From an uncultured Phycisphaerales bacterium (lineage in GTDB: Bacteria > Planctomycetota > Phycisphaerae > Tepidisphaerales > Tepidisphaeraceae), in the NCBI GenBank assembly GCA_963792535.1, contig CAWBWQ010000001.1, positions 1 to 64,000 on the forward strand: DNA of 64,000 bases, written 5' to 3'. Position 1 is the first letter of the stretch. Each line of letters starts with the position of its first letter. The notes below the pieces were generated by a model. That model did not search any database and was not told where the DNA came from. It saw only the letters and a list, made by a program, of their open reading frames with translations. Made by a program: the position numbers and the translations under genes. Shown here piece by piece: positions 54,968-64,000 of this stretch.

Positions 54968-56977
54968 ATGAGCATCAACAGCACAGTGGACAGTGAACAA
55001 AAATCCAAGCCGATAGATGGTACGGCAGGGGCATCACCGAGTCCGAACTCTGCAGCCTCTTGGGTTACGCAGGGAATCAACATTATTTTTGGCCGCGCGC
55101 TGGCAACTCAAGAGCACGAGCAGGTCAAAATCGGCGCAGTGTCGGCGGTGCCGGCCATGGGGTTGGACGCCCTGGGCTCGGCTTCATATGGTCCCGAGGC
55201 AGCACTCACGATCCTGTTGCCTCTTGGAGCGGTGGGGCTAACGTATCTCTGGCCGATCACGCTGGTGATTGTGGGGCTCTTGACGATCCTGTATCTCTCT
55301 TATCGCCAAACCATCGCGGCCTATCCGGTCAATGGCGGATCGTACACTGTAGCCACAGAAAACCTGGGTGTCTGGCCTGGGTTGCTCGCCGCTGCTGCAT
55401 TGATTATTGATTATTTATTAAACGTGGCGGTGGGAATATCCGCCGGGGTGGCCGCGCTCATATCCGCAGCACCGTCGCTGCATCGTTACACATTGCCGCT
55501 GTGTCTGGGTATCTTGCTGATCATCACACTATTAAATCTGCGCGGAACCGGTGAAGCGGGTCTGGCATTTGCCATCCCTACTTACTTATTTATAAGTACG
55601 CTGCTCTTGGCGGTAGGGATTGGCTTTTTCAAATCCTTCACCAGCGTTGGGCATCCGCATGCAGTCATCCCACCGCCGGTGATAAACGCGCCGCTGCAGG
55701 GCTTTAGTCTATGGTTGATCCTGCGTGCCTTCGCAAGCGGATGTACAGCAATGACCGGCGTCGAAGCGGTCAGCAACGGCGTGTCCGCATTCCGTCCGCC
55801 CACCGTAACGCGCGCTCATCGAACGCTTACCACAATTGTCCTGGTGCTCGCGCTTCTGCTGATCGGCATCAGCTGGCTATCGCGATCTTACGGAATCGCC
55901 GCGATGGATCAGGATAAACCCGGCTACCAAAGCGTCATCTCACAGATGCTCGGCGCGGTGATCGGTAGAAACTGGTTTTATTATGTGGCCATCAGCAGCG
56001 TGTTGTCGGTCCTATGCATGTCCGCTAACACCAGCTTTGTCGATTTTCCCCGGCTCTGCCGTTTGATTGCGGCTCATGAGTTCCTCCCACGCGGGTTTGC
56101 AATCGTAGGTCGCCGGCTGGTCTACTCTGTGGGAGTGATAGTCCTGGCTATATTTGCTGGATGTCTGTTGGTGGCCTTTGGAGGAATCACCGATCGCTTG
56201 ATCCCACTATTTGCAGTAGGGGCGTTTCTCGCATTCTCGCTATCACAAGCGGGAATGGTGATGCACTGGCGAAAAGAACTGAAAAAGCCCGGTGATGCCC
56301 GCTCAAGGACCGGTGTGTGGATCCGCCTCTGCGTCAATGGTATTGGCGCAATGTGTACCGGGATCGCACTGTTGATAATCCTGGCTGCCAAGTTCATTGA
56401 GGGTGCCTGGATTTGCGTTGTGGCTATTCCGATTCTGCTGATGATGTTCAGGCTGATTCATCGCCACTACGACCGCATGAAGCAACAGACGACAGCGGTA
56501 GCGCCTTTAGATCTGGATCACAACCAGCCGCCGGTGGTGCTGATCACTACGAAGGGGTGGGATCGTCTCACAGAGAAGGCGCTGCGATTTGCATTTTGGA
56601 TCTCCAGCGATGTTATCGCGCTCCACCTGAGCAATCTCAGTGGCGAAGAAGCGGGGGAGGAAGAAGAACGCCTTCGGGCCGCCTGGCATGCAGATGTCGA
56701 GTCCCCCGCACAGCGTCACGGCGTCGCGCCGCCACGGCTTGATATTCTTCAAGCGCCGTTCCGTTCCTTCATTAATCCCGTCCTGAAAGAACTCGACCGC
56801 CTTGAGCAGGAATTCCCCACCAGGCAGATCGCAGTCCTTACGCCGCAGGTGGTGGAAAAACACTGGTGGAATCTGCTGCTTCACCGGCGAAAAGCCGCGA
56901 GCCTAAGAGCAGCACTGCTTCGCAGGTGCGATAACCGAGTCGTGCTCGTCAGCATGCCTTGGTACGTTAACGAGTGA
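54968..56977 (+). CDS. APC-family permease, KimA/YdaO-like
   Basis: Motifs DALGSASYGPE, SYRQTIAAYP.GGSY, DYLLNVAV and TGVEAVSNG; soluble C-terminal domain. Confidence 0.82.
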   Translation: MSINSTVDSEQKSKPIDGTAGASPSPNSAASWVTQGINIIFGRALATQEHEQVKIGAVSAVPAMGLDALGSASYGPEAALTILLPLGAVGLTYLWPITLVIVGLLTILYLSYRQTIAAYPVNGGSYTVATENLGVWPGLLAAAALIIDYLLNVAVGISAGVAALISAAPSLHRYTLPLCLGILLIITLLNLRGTGEAGLAFAIPTYLFISTLLLAVGIGFFKSFTSVGHPHAVIPPPVINAPLQGFSLWLILRAFASGCTAMTGVEAVSNGVSAFRPPTVTRAHRTLTTIVLVLALLLIGISWLSRSYGIAAMDQDKPGYQSVISQMLGAVIGRNWFYYVAISSVLSVLCMSANTSFVDFPRLCRLIAAHEFLPRGFAIVGRRLVYSVGVIVLAIFAGCLLVAFGGITDRLIPLFAVGAFLAFSLSQAGMVMHWRKELKKPGDARSRTGVWIRLCVNGIGAMCTGIALLIILAAKFIEGAWICVVAIPILLMMFRLIHRHYDRMKQQTTAVAPLDLDHNQPPVVLITTKGWDRLTEKALRFAFWISSDVIALHLSNLSGEEAGEEEERLRAAWHADVESPAQRHGVAPPRLDILQAPFRSFINPVLKELDRLEQEFPTRQIAVLTPQVVEKHWWNLLLHRRKAASLRAALLRRCDNRVVLVSMPWYVNE

Positions 56978-57204
56978 GCCGACAATGATTCGCCCGTCTT
57001 GCTTCACCCGGATGGTTCGGGGCGCGAAGTTGCGCCGGCTGAAGCCCGTCCTGCATTTACGGCATGTTCGTTCCATGTGGTTGTCGCTCGCCATGCGAAA
57101 TCTCGAGCGCGTGTCGGTAAATGTCGGCTGACAATCGTTGTACCGGGGAGATATATTCACGGCTCGAGGCTGGTCGAAACCAGTCACCAAAAGGAGCGAC
57201 AACC

Positions 57205-58203
57205 ATGCATAGCCTCGATCAATCTCCCGCAACCCAGCCCCGGGCGTGGGTACCGCTTCGGGAAAAGCTGGGTGTCTGCCAATGGTTTCATTTTCAGGAT
57301 TATGAGGGTGTCGAACAAGCGGTGGCGGCGCTGCGTGAGTTGGGTGTCACAATTCTTCGCACGGGGATCTCGTGGGCGGACTTTCTTCGGCCCGGTGGCA
57401 GGGAATGGTACGACTGGCAGATGTCCAAACTGGCTGGTTTTGACATCCTGCTGAGTGTCTGGCACACGCCGCCGTCACTATCCCGTAACGGTGCTTGCAA
57501 CGGCCCTCCTCATCGTCTTCGCGATTATGCTGATTTTATCGATCATGTGACTACCCTATATGGCCACCAGTTTCATCAGCTGGAACTATGGAATGAGCCT
57601 AACAATCGCATCAAGTGGGACTTTCCCCGCTTCGATCCGCAGTGGCATTTGTTTGCGGAGATGATCGGCGATGCTGCGTATTGGGCGAAGCAACGTGGTA
57701 TCTACACGGTGCTGGGAGGCATGATTCCAGTTGACCACCATTGGCTGAACATCATGCGCGATCGCGGGGTGATGAAGTACATTGACGCTGTGGGCATTCA
57801 CGCCTTCCCCGGGATGTGGTTTCCGGATCACCCTAACTGGGATTGGTGCGATCATTGGAAGGACTGGAACACTAAAATTCAATCCATCGCACATCACACT
57901 GATGGCAAACCCATTTGGGTTACCGAAACCGGCATCGCCACGTTTGATCTGGCGCTGCAACGAGAGGCTAAGTACGAGTTACAGGTAGAAGCGCTGAACG
58001 CCGCAGCCGTGAGTTGTGCCGACAGAGTCTACTGGTACAGCGCCATCGATCTGAATGCTGATCGTGAAGCGATCGAAGGATTCCACGTCGATGAAAACGA
58101 ATACCACATGGGCCTTATAAAGCAGGATGGCTATCGAAAGCTGGCATTCCACGCGTTAAAAGCTTTGTTGTTGCCCACAACCGCAGCCACGCTGTCAGTA
58201 TGA
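57205..58203 (+). CDS. Stand-alone clan GH-A glycoside hydrolase (paralog of the 46452 N-terminal domain)
   Basis: Motifs RTGISWAD, ELWNEPNN, WVTETG and EGFHVDENEY; AAGGAG SD. Confidence 0.82.
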   Translation: MHSLDQSPATQPRAWVPLREKLGVCQWFHFQDYEGVEQAVAALRELGVTILRTGISWADFLRPGGREWYDWQMSKLAGFDILLSVWHTPPSLSRNGACNGPPHRLRDYADFIDHVTTLYGHQFHQLELWNEPNNRIKWDFPRFDPQWHLFAEMIGDAAYWAKQRGIYTVLGGMIPVDHHWLNIMRDRGVMKYIDAVGIHAFPGMWFPDHPNWDWCDHWKDWNTKIQSIAHHTDGKPIWVTETGIATFDLALQREAKYELQVEALNAAAVSCADRVYWYSAIDLNADREAIEGFHVDENEYHMGLIKQDGYRKLAFHALKALLLPTTAATLSV

Positions 58204-58332
58204 CAAGATGAGAAACGTTTCCCTGGCTCTGCGTATTTCCACTTGACGACCTGTCAACAAACTTCCAGCCGGAGACTATCGACGACTCTTAAGGCTTTCC
58301 ACGCGGCCGGTCTGAATTGAACGGGTGGAGCA

Positions 58333-59349
58333 TCAGGCCGCGGCGGCGGGCGATTCGTTGAAGTGATCGCGGATCGACAGGAACTGTTGCTCGATCTGTA
58401 GAAACGCAGCACCCACCTCCGGATCGAAATGCGATCCGGTTTCCGTTTCGATCATATTGCGGGCCACATCATGCGAAAAGGCTGATTTATAGACCCGCTT
58501 GGATGTCAGCGCGTCGTACACATCAGCAAGCGCGACGATCCGGCCGCACAGCGGAATCTCATCGCCTTTAAGACGGTTCGGATAGCCATCACCATCGAAC
58601 CGCTCGTGGTGGGTGGCTGCGATGTCACGGCCCATCCTGAGAAATGGAACATTGGGAAACTCATGCAACGCGGCATCCAGAGTCTGTGCGCCGATGGAGG
58701 TGTGAGTCTTCATAATCTCAAACTCGCGGTCACTGAGTCGACCCGGTTTGAGCAACACCATGTCGGGGATGCCGACCTTACCGATATCGTGCAACGGACT
58801 GGTTAGGTAGATCAGGCGGGCGAACTCCGGCGTGATTTCATTGCGAAACTTGTCGCGGCCGCCGAGATGCTGGGCGAGCAGGCGTGAGTAGCTTCGAACA
58901 CGTTCCAGGTGGGCACCAGTTTCGGGGTCGCGACTTTCGGCGAGCTTGGCCATCGCGAAGATCGCCACGTCGCGGGTCTCCATCGAGAGCACGCGTTCGG
59001 CGGTGCCAATACGGGCGATCAACTCCCCCGTATTGTAGGGCTTGCCCACAAACTCGTCGGCCCCGGCTCGCAGGCCTGCGATTCGCTCCTCCGGCGTGTT
59101 TCGGCTGGTCAACAGGATGACATACACGTACCCGCGGAGGTGTTCTGAACGGATCGCCTGCGTCAGTTGCAGGCCAGTCAGCTCGGGCATTTCCCAGTCG
59201 CTGATGACAATCCTGCAATGGCCAGCTCTCAGGATTTCCAATGCTTCGCGACCCGTGCTGGCTGTCTCTACCTCATAGCCGGCGCGCTGCAGCGCTTCTT
59301 CAAGCACCATCCGGGCGATTTCTTCGTCGTCGGCGACCAGCACTCGCAT
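58333..59349 (-). CDS. Response regulator with HD-GYP phosphodiesterase domain
   Basis: REC domain (ADDE, SDWEMP) followed by ETGAHLERV, LHDIGK, HHERFDGDGYP and ADVYDALTSKRVYK. Confidence 0.92.
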   Translation of the reverse strand: MRVLVADDEEIARMVLEEALQRAGYEVETASTGREALEILRAGHCRIVISDWEMPELTGLQLTQAIRSEHLRGYVYVILLTSRNTPEERIAGLRAGADEFVGKPYNTGELIARIGTAERVLSMETRDVAIFAMAKLAESRDPETGAHLERVRSYSRLLAQHLGGRDKFRNEITPEFARLIYLTSPLHDIGKVGIPDMVLLKPGRLSDREFEIMKTHTSIGAQTLDAALHEFPNVPFLRMGRDIAATHHERFDGDGYPNRLKGDEIPLCGRIVALADVYDALTSKRVYKSAFSHDVARNMIETETGSHFDPEVGAAFLQIEQQFLSIRDHFNESPAAAA

Positions 59350-59351
59350 AG

Positions 59352-62112
59352 TCAATTCTTTCTACTATCTATAGTTTGCCGCAGTTGAGCCATGGCTTGC
59401 GGTATATAGGCAGAGCAGCGATCCACTTCGTATCGCAGTTGCTCCAATTGTTTATCGGCAGAATCAAGCACGGCAGAACGTCCAGTCGACTCTAAATCCG
59501 CAAGAATGGCTTGCAACGATTCTGCGCCGACGATGCCTGCTGTCCCCTTGAGTCCATGCGACAAACGTGCCAATTCTTCAGGTTTTTCAGCCTCAAACAC
59601 GCTTTGCAATTGATTTGCGGTGTCAACGATCTGCCGCTCAAACTTCTCCAGGATCTTTATGGCAAGGTTTGGGTTCCGGGTGCAGGAGTGCAATAAAGTT
59701 TCGATTTTCAAAGGTTCACCGGAAAGTTGGTCGATCTGCGCTGTTGGCTCTGTTTGCAGTGGTGATACAACAGGCTCGACCGTTGTCTCGGTAGAGGTCT
59801 GCGTCAACGCTGAGGACGTGTGCCGGGAAATCAGACCGAGAAGCTCTGTCGGCTGGAACGGCTTGGGGCAGTATCCATTCATACCCGCCTCTTCGCATCG
59901 ACTGCGATCGACGTTAGAGGCATTGGCCGTTAGAGCGATAATTGGAATGTGACCGATAGAGCCGGTGGCGGTATTGCGTTCCCGCTCGAGTCGACGGATT
60001 TCACGCGTGGCTTCCAACCCGTCCATAACGGGCATCTGACAATCCATCAGCACCAGATCAAAGCTGGCATTCTTCCACGCCTGCACAGCACTTTGACCGT
60101 CGGATACCACATCCACCTTGCAACCTGCATTCGCAAGCAGGTCCGTCGCCACGATCTGATTGATCTGATTGTCCTCTGCGAGCAGGATACGAATCGTCCG
60201 CGAAAATGTGTTTCGTGCCGCGGCATCAGGCGCAATATCTGTGGGCTCACTATCAATATTCGGAGGCGGAGTTTTGGCAACATCGAATTTGCAGGTGAAC
60301 CAGAATGTTGAACCGTGGCCTAACTCGCTTTCAACCCCGATTGTGCCGCCCATCAGCTCAGCCAATTCTTTGGAGATAGCCAGGCCAAGCCCGGTGCCGC
60401 CGTAGCGCCGCGTCGTGGATGCATCAACCTGAGAGAAGGACTTGAACAGCCGCTGCTTTCGGTCCTCAGGAATGCCGGGACCCGTGTCCTTGATCGCGAA
60501 CCGGACGCAGACATCGTTGCGCGATACTTCGCGAGACAAGCAAACCGTGATCTGACCCTGGTCGGTGAATTTCACCGCGTTGCCGATCAGGTTCATCAGG
60601 ATCTGCCGAAGCCTGTTAGGATCACCAGCTATATATTGTGGGACATCGTCCCCAATCGCGCTGGCCATCTTTACGGCTTTTTCCGCCGCCTTAAGAGACA
60701 ACAGCTCGACCACTTCCTCAACCACCTTGCGAGGATTGAAATCAATTGACTCCAGTTCCAGCTTGCCCGCCTCTATCTTGGAGAAATCGAGGATATCGTT
60801 GATAAGCGTTGTGAGTACCTCAGTGGATGAACGTACAAGCTCAGTATAATGCCGCTGCTTTTTATCAAGTTGCGTTGTGAGCAGTAGATTGGCCACGCCG
60901 ATCACACCGTTCAGCGGTGTGCGGATCTCATGACTCATATTCGCCAGGAACTGGCTCTTGGCTTTTGTGGCTGCTTGGGATTCGTCTACGAGGCGTTTCA
61001 ATTCCGCCCGATGCCGCAACTGGATCACCATGTCGTTGAACGCGGTCGCAAGCTGACCGATTTCATCCCGGCGCGTCGCCTGGATAGAACACTCCATATC
61101 CCCGCCGGCAACGCGACGAACAGCAAGCACAAGCTCTCGCACCGGCTTGCTGATCGCGCCGCTGACAACAAAGCTGATGCACGCAGCGGCAAGCAATCCA
61201 GCACCCATGATGAATAACAGACTCGCCGAGACCTTGCGTTGCATCGCAACAGCGTCCGCCTGGCTACTCTGAATAAGAATTGCCCCAATGATGTTTTGAG
61301 ACGGCGGATCAACAAGCGGCTCCAGATACGAGCTAAAGTTTAGATCCCGAACGGGTATGGATAATGCCGTCGATGCGGGGAACGCTTTATGCTGATATTG
61401 CCTCAACATCAGCGCCTGATCCGACTGCGAGAGGCTCGACGCCAGCACACTATCGGGCGACAGGAAAGTAATCTCGCAGTTGTGGCTTTTACCCAGTGTC
61501 GCAGCCATATCTCCGGTCACCGGCGAAGCGATGATTACGCGCTCCATCGGGTCGATCGGCATCGCCGGGATCACTTGAAAAAAGCAGCGGTATCCCGACA
61601 GCCTGATACAACTTTTCGTTATAAAGCCACAGCCCGAACTGCTGTTGCGGTTTCCCGGCAGCGAACATGGCTCGCACCAGTGGCAACGCCTGCCTGGATC
61701 TGGAAATATAAGTTCTTAGATTGGCCGTCGTTCCCCAGGGCGATTGGCTGTTCTGCGCGATCACCGCGCCACGGCTATCGAGCACGCAGATGAACCGGGC
61801 ATCTATAACTGCTGCGATGCTGTCGAGCCGGTCCTGCAAACTGGCGAGGTTATCAGCGGCAATCTCGAAGTTGTGTTCGGCAATGAGCGCCCGCAGTTCC
61901 GGGATCTCCATCACCATCGTACCCACTTGATTCATCTGCTTGACCTGCTGAGCCTGCAGTGAGTGGAGACCTTGCCGTGCCTCGTTGAAACGCGTGGAAG
62001 CAAGTCGATTAAAATTAGCAGAAATCAGATGCTGGATAGGCCACCACGCGCCCGCCCAGAGCAGCAGCACAATTGCGCTGGACGACAGAAATAGTTTGGT
62101 GCGCAGCTGCAT
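59352..62112 (-). CDS. Hybrid sensor histidine kinase (TM-sensor-TM-HAMP-HisKA-HATPase-REC-HPt; frameshift ~61540)
   Basis: Motifs [38 protein letters not shown] and HPt HGLKG. The N-terminal TM and sensor region are in ORF 61489-62112. Confidence 0.88.
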
Positions 62113-62133
62113 AGGATTCGGATTGGCGATTGC

Positions 62134-62943
62134 CTACTGTTTACAGTCAGGACATGGTTCGGGAACCGGATGAGAGTCCTGAAAAACTGGCAGGTTCAGT
62201 TGTTCGTGCTTGATACCAAGCCCGCGCTCGGTTCCGTATTTATTTCCGCGAACGGCTGGGTCGTTTGCCAGAATGTCGTTATGGTCCTCCGCAAGCGTCA
62301 TGCTGATGGTGGCGGGCGTGCCGTTACCTAAAACAATCGATTGTTTCTGCGCCCCGCAGCGGTCATGCCAGGCAACCAGCGTAAACTTCCCCGCTGGAAT
62401 ATTGTCGATGTTGAACTGTCCGAGTTTATCGCAGCGGCTTAGAAAAATGTTGGGCGTCACATACACCATCGCGCGCATCTGTGGATGAACATTGCAGAAC
62501 ATCTGAACAGTGCCCACCTTCGTGAACGTTCGAGATTTCGATTGCCCATAGGGATACCGGTCCAGATCAAATGCCGGAGCCGCTGCCGACCGGCTGAACA
62601 CGTTGTGAGAGATGTGATCCCAATTCGGAAACTCGATCACTGTTCCGCGCGGCACAGCGAGGAACTTGGGAACAAACTGCTTGTCCTTTTGTGCAATGAT
62701 CTGATGTTCTGAGGGAATGGGTACCGCATCCAAAAGTGCATCAGAATCAAGGTAGACTACAACGTGTGACAGATCCGCTTTGCTCAGATTCAAACCGGTG
62801 GAGATAAACACCTTCCCGCGCACACTAAAAGCTGCGGGCATGGTGACTGGTCTCGAAGTCGGTGATTCGGCGTGGGCTATGTTCAGATTGGCCACCGCTG
62901 CAAGCATCCCGAACATTACAGCTAACGGATATGTGAACCGCAT
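62134..62943 (-). CDS. Secreted protein with a cupredoxin-like segment
   Basis: Signal peptide ending AHA-E, then QKDKQFVP, HNVFS, FCNVHPQM and a C-terminal CPDC. Confidence 0.7.
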   Translation of the reverse strand: MRFTYPLAVMFGMLAAVANLNIAHAESPTSRPVTMPAAFSVRGKVFISTGLNLSKADLSHVVVYLDSDALLDAVPIPSEHQIIAQKDKQFVPKFLAVPRGTVIEFPNWDHISHNVFSRSAAAPAFDLDRYPYGQSKSRTFTKVGTVQMFCNVHPQMRAMVYVTPNIFLSRCDKLGQFNIDNIPAGKFTLVAWHDRCGAQKQSIVLGNGTPATISMTLAEDHNDILANDPAVRGNKYGTERGLGIKHEQLNLPVFQDSHPVPEPCPDCKQ

Positions 62944-62949
62944 GTTGCC

Positions 62950-64000
62950 TCAGTAGGTCAGGGCCAGGTGAATTGAAAATGTATCGGCATTGCCGTACTC
63001 GTTGCTCTCATCGTGGCGAAACTCTCCACGAACTTCCACACCCTCGCATAGGTCGTATCCAGTTCCGAAGCTATATTCGTAGACACGCTGGAAATCGCCG
63101 GTAGTCAACCAGTTGCTGTCATCGAGAAAACTGAGTCTACTGTATATGCGCCATTGATCGGTTAGGTCGTAGTCGACCTGACCGGCAGCACCAAACCAGC
63201 CCCACCGACCATACTGTGTTCCGCTGGTCCCCTGAAGGAACTCGGCTGAAAACCTGAGATCCGCCAGCGCCTGCCAGGTCGCTTTGGCTTCGACAAAGCC
63301 GAGCGTCCCGGCGCGTTCCCCTGACAGGTGAGGGCCTTGCCACCTGGAGATCAATGTGCTGCTGAAGTCATCTCCGTACGCACCGGCATCGTATGGCGAC
63401 TGAATGTGACGGCCCTGCTCCAGCACAATCCCTGGCCCGACCCAGCCTGTCACCGCAAGGTCCAAGCCGTGTGCTGGCTCGTATTCAGTCATCAGACCGC
63501 CGGAAGGGGATTGATTGAAGTCATATTGCCCCTGGAAGTCTTCACTGATGAATGGCCGCAGCGTCAAACCAGTGTGGGGGATCGGGACGGTGACCATACC
63601 CCCGACCAGATCCTGCGGCTGAGCGCCAAATAGATCGCTGGGGGTGCAGGTAGTTCTGCTCCAGAAATCCCTGGCTTCAAAGCCAAAGTTGGCGTTGAAC
63701 TTTCCGATGGTGATATACGATCCGCAATCTTGATTCAGGACTACCGATATAAACCCCTGCTCCAACTCGACCCGCCCGTATCCATCGGCATCAATAAAAT
63801 TGCCCTGCGCGGAAACGGCAACTGTCTGGTTGAAGCTTTTAGTCAGTCCGATTGCAAATTCCGCGTCATAATAGTTGCTCTTTGAATAATGTTGGTCGTT
63901 TCGGTAGCCACCAAGCCAGCCCCAGAGGTTGACATCCAGCCCGTCCCCAATCGCCGGTGGCAGGCCGTTGATTACCGATTCCTTGAAGGAATGTGAGGCT
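62950..64000 (-). CDS. Putative outer-membrane beta-barrel/porin (5' end beyond the window)
   Basis: The frame stays open to the window edge. Motifs ELEQGFI and IGKFNANFGFE, amphipathic strands, EFRHD and a terminal aromatic residue (LALTY). Confidence 0.65.
   Translation of the reverse strand, partial: ASHSFKESVINGLPPAIGDGLDVNLWGWLGGYRNDQHYSKSNYYDAEFAIGLTKSFNQTVAVSAQGNFIDADGYGRVELEQGFISVVLNQDCGSYITIGKFNANFGFEARDFWSRTTCTPSDLFGAQPQDLVGGMVTVPIPHTGLTLRPFISEDFQGQYDFNQSPSGGLMTEYEPAHGLDLAVTGWVGPGIVLEQGRHIQSPYDAGAYGDDFSSTLISRWQGPHLSGERAGTLGFVEAKATWQALADLRFSAEFLQGTSGTQYGRWGWFGAAGQVDYDLTDQWRIYSRLSFLDDSNWLTTGDFQRVYEYSFGTGYDLCEGVEVRGEFRHDESNEYGNADTFSIHLALTY

Overview
A GC-rich bacterial window, probably a planctomycete (Phycisphaerae-like). 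This rests on the short ~109-nt 5S rRNA, a DUF1559/prepilin-type protein and the absence of rpmD from the spc block. In order, it contains: 23S and 5S rRNA genes; an M20 amidohydrolase; a YtxH-like gene; lpdA; a degraded REP-associated (Y1/HUH) transposase locus with REP doublets; an S10-spc-alpha ribosomal protein superoperon (rpsJ to rplQ, lacking rpmD, adk, infA and rpsD); an amino-sugar/glycosylation cluster; a Na+/H+ antiporter; clpC; a CgeB-glycosyltransferase/methyltransferase cassette of unknown product; and a beta-barrel/cupredoxin-like/hybrid kinase/HD-GYP signalling operon that runs off the window. The most striking unexplained structure is in the r-protein operon. About 14 enlarged intergenic spacers are built from inverted 7-nt tandem repeats: (TTGTCMG)n after the stop codon and (ACAACKG)n before the next start. 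Several share a loop motif (aagaCTGRCGa), and in 10 genes the last repeat puts AACGGA at the Shine-Dalgarno position. A second heptamer family sits at the two positions where rpmD and rpsD are missing. Seven frameshifts in otherwise intact genes fall at GCGC/CGCG sites, which suggests motif-linked sequencing errors. All family assignments come from motif recognition by eye; no searches were run.
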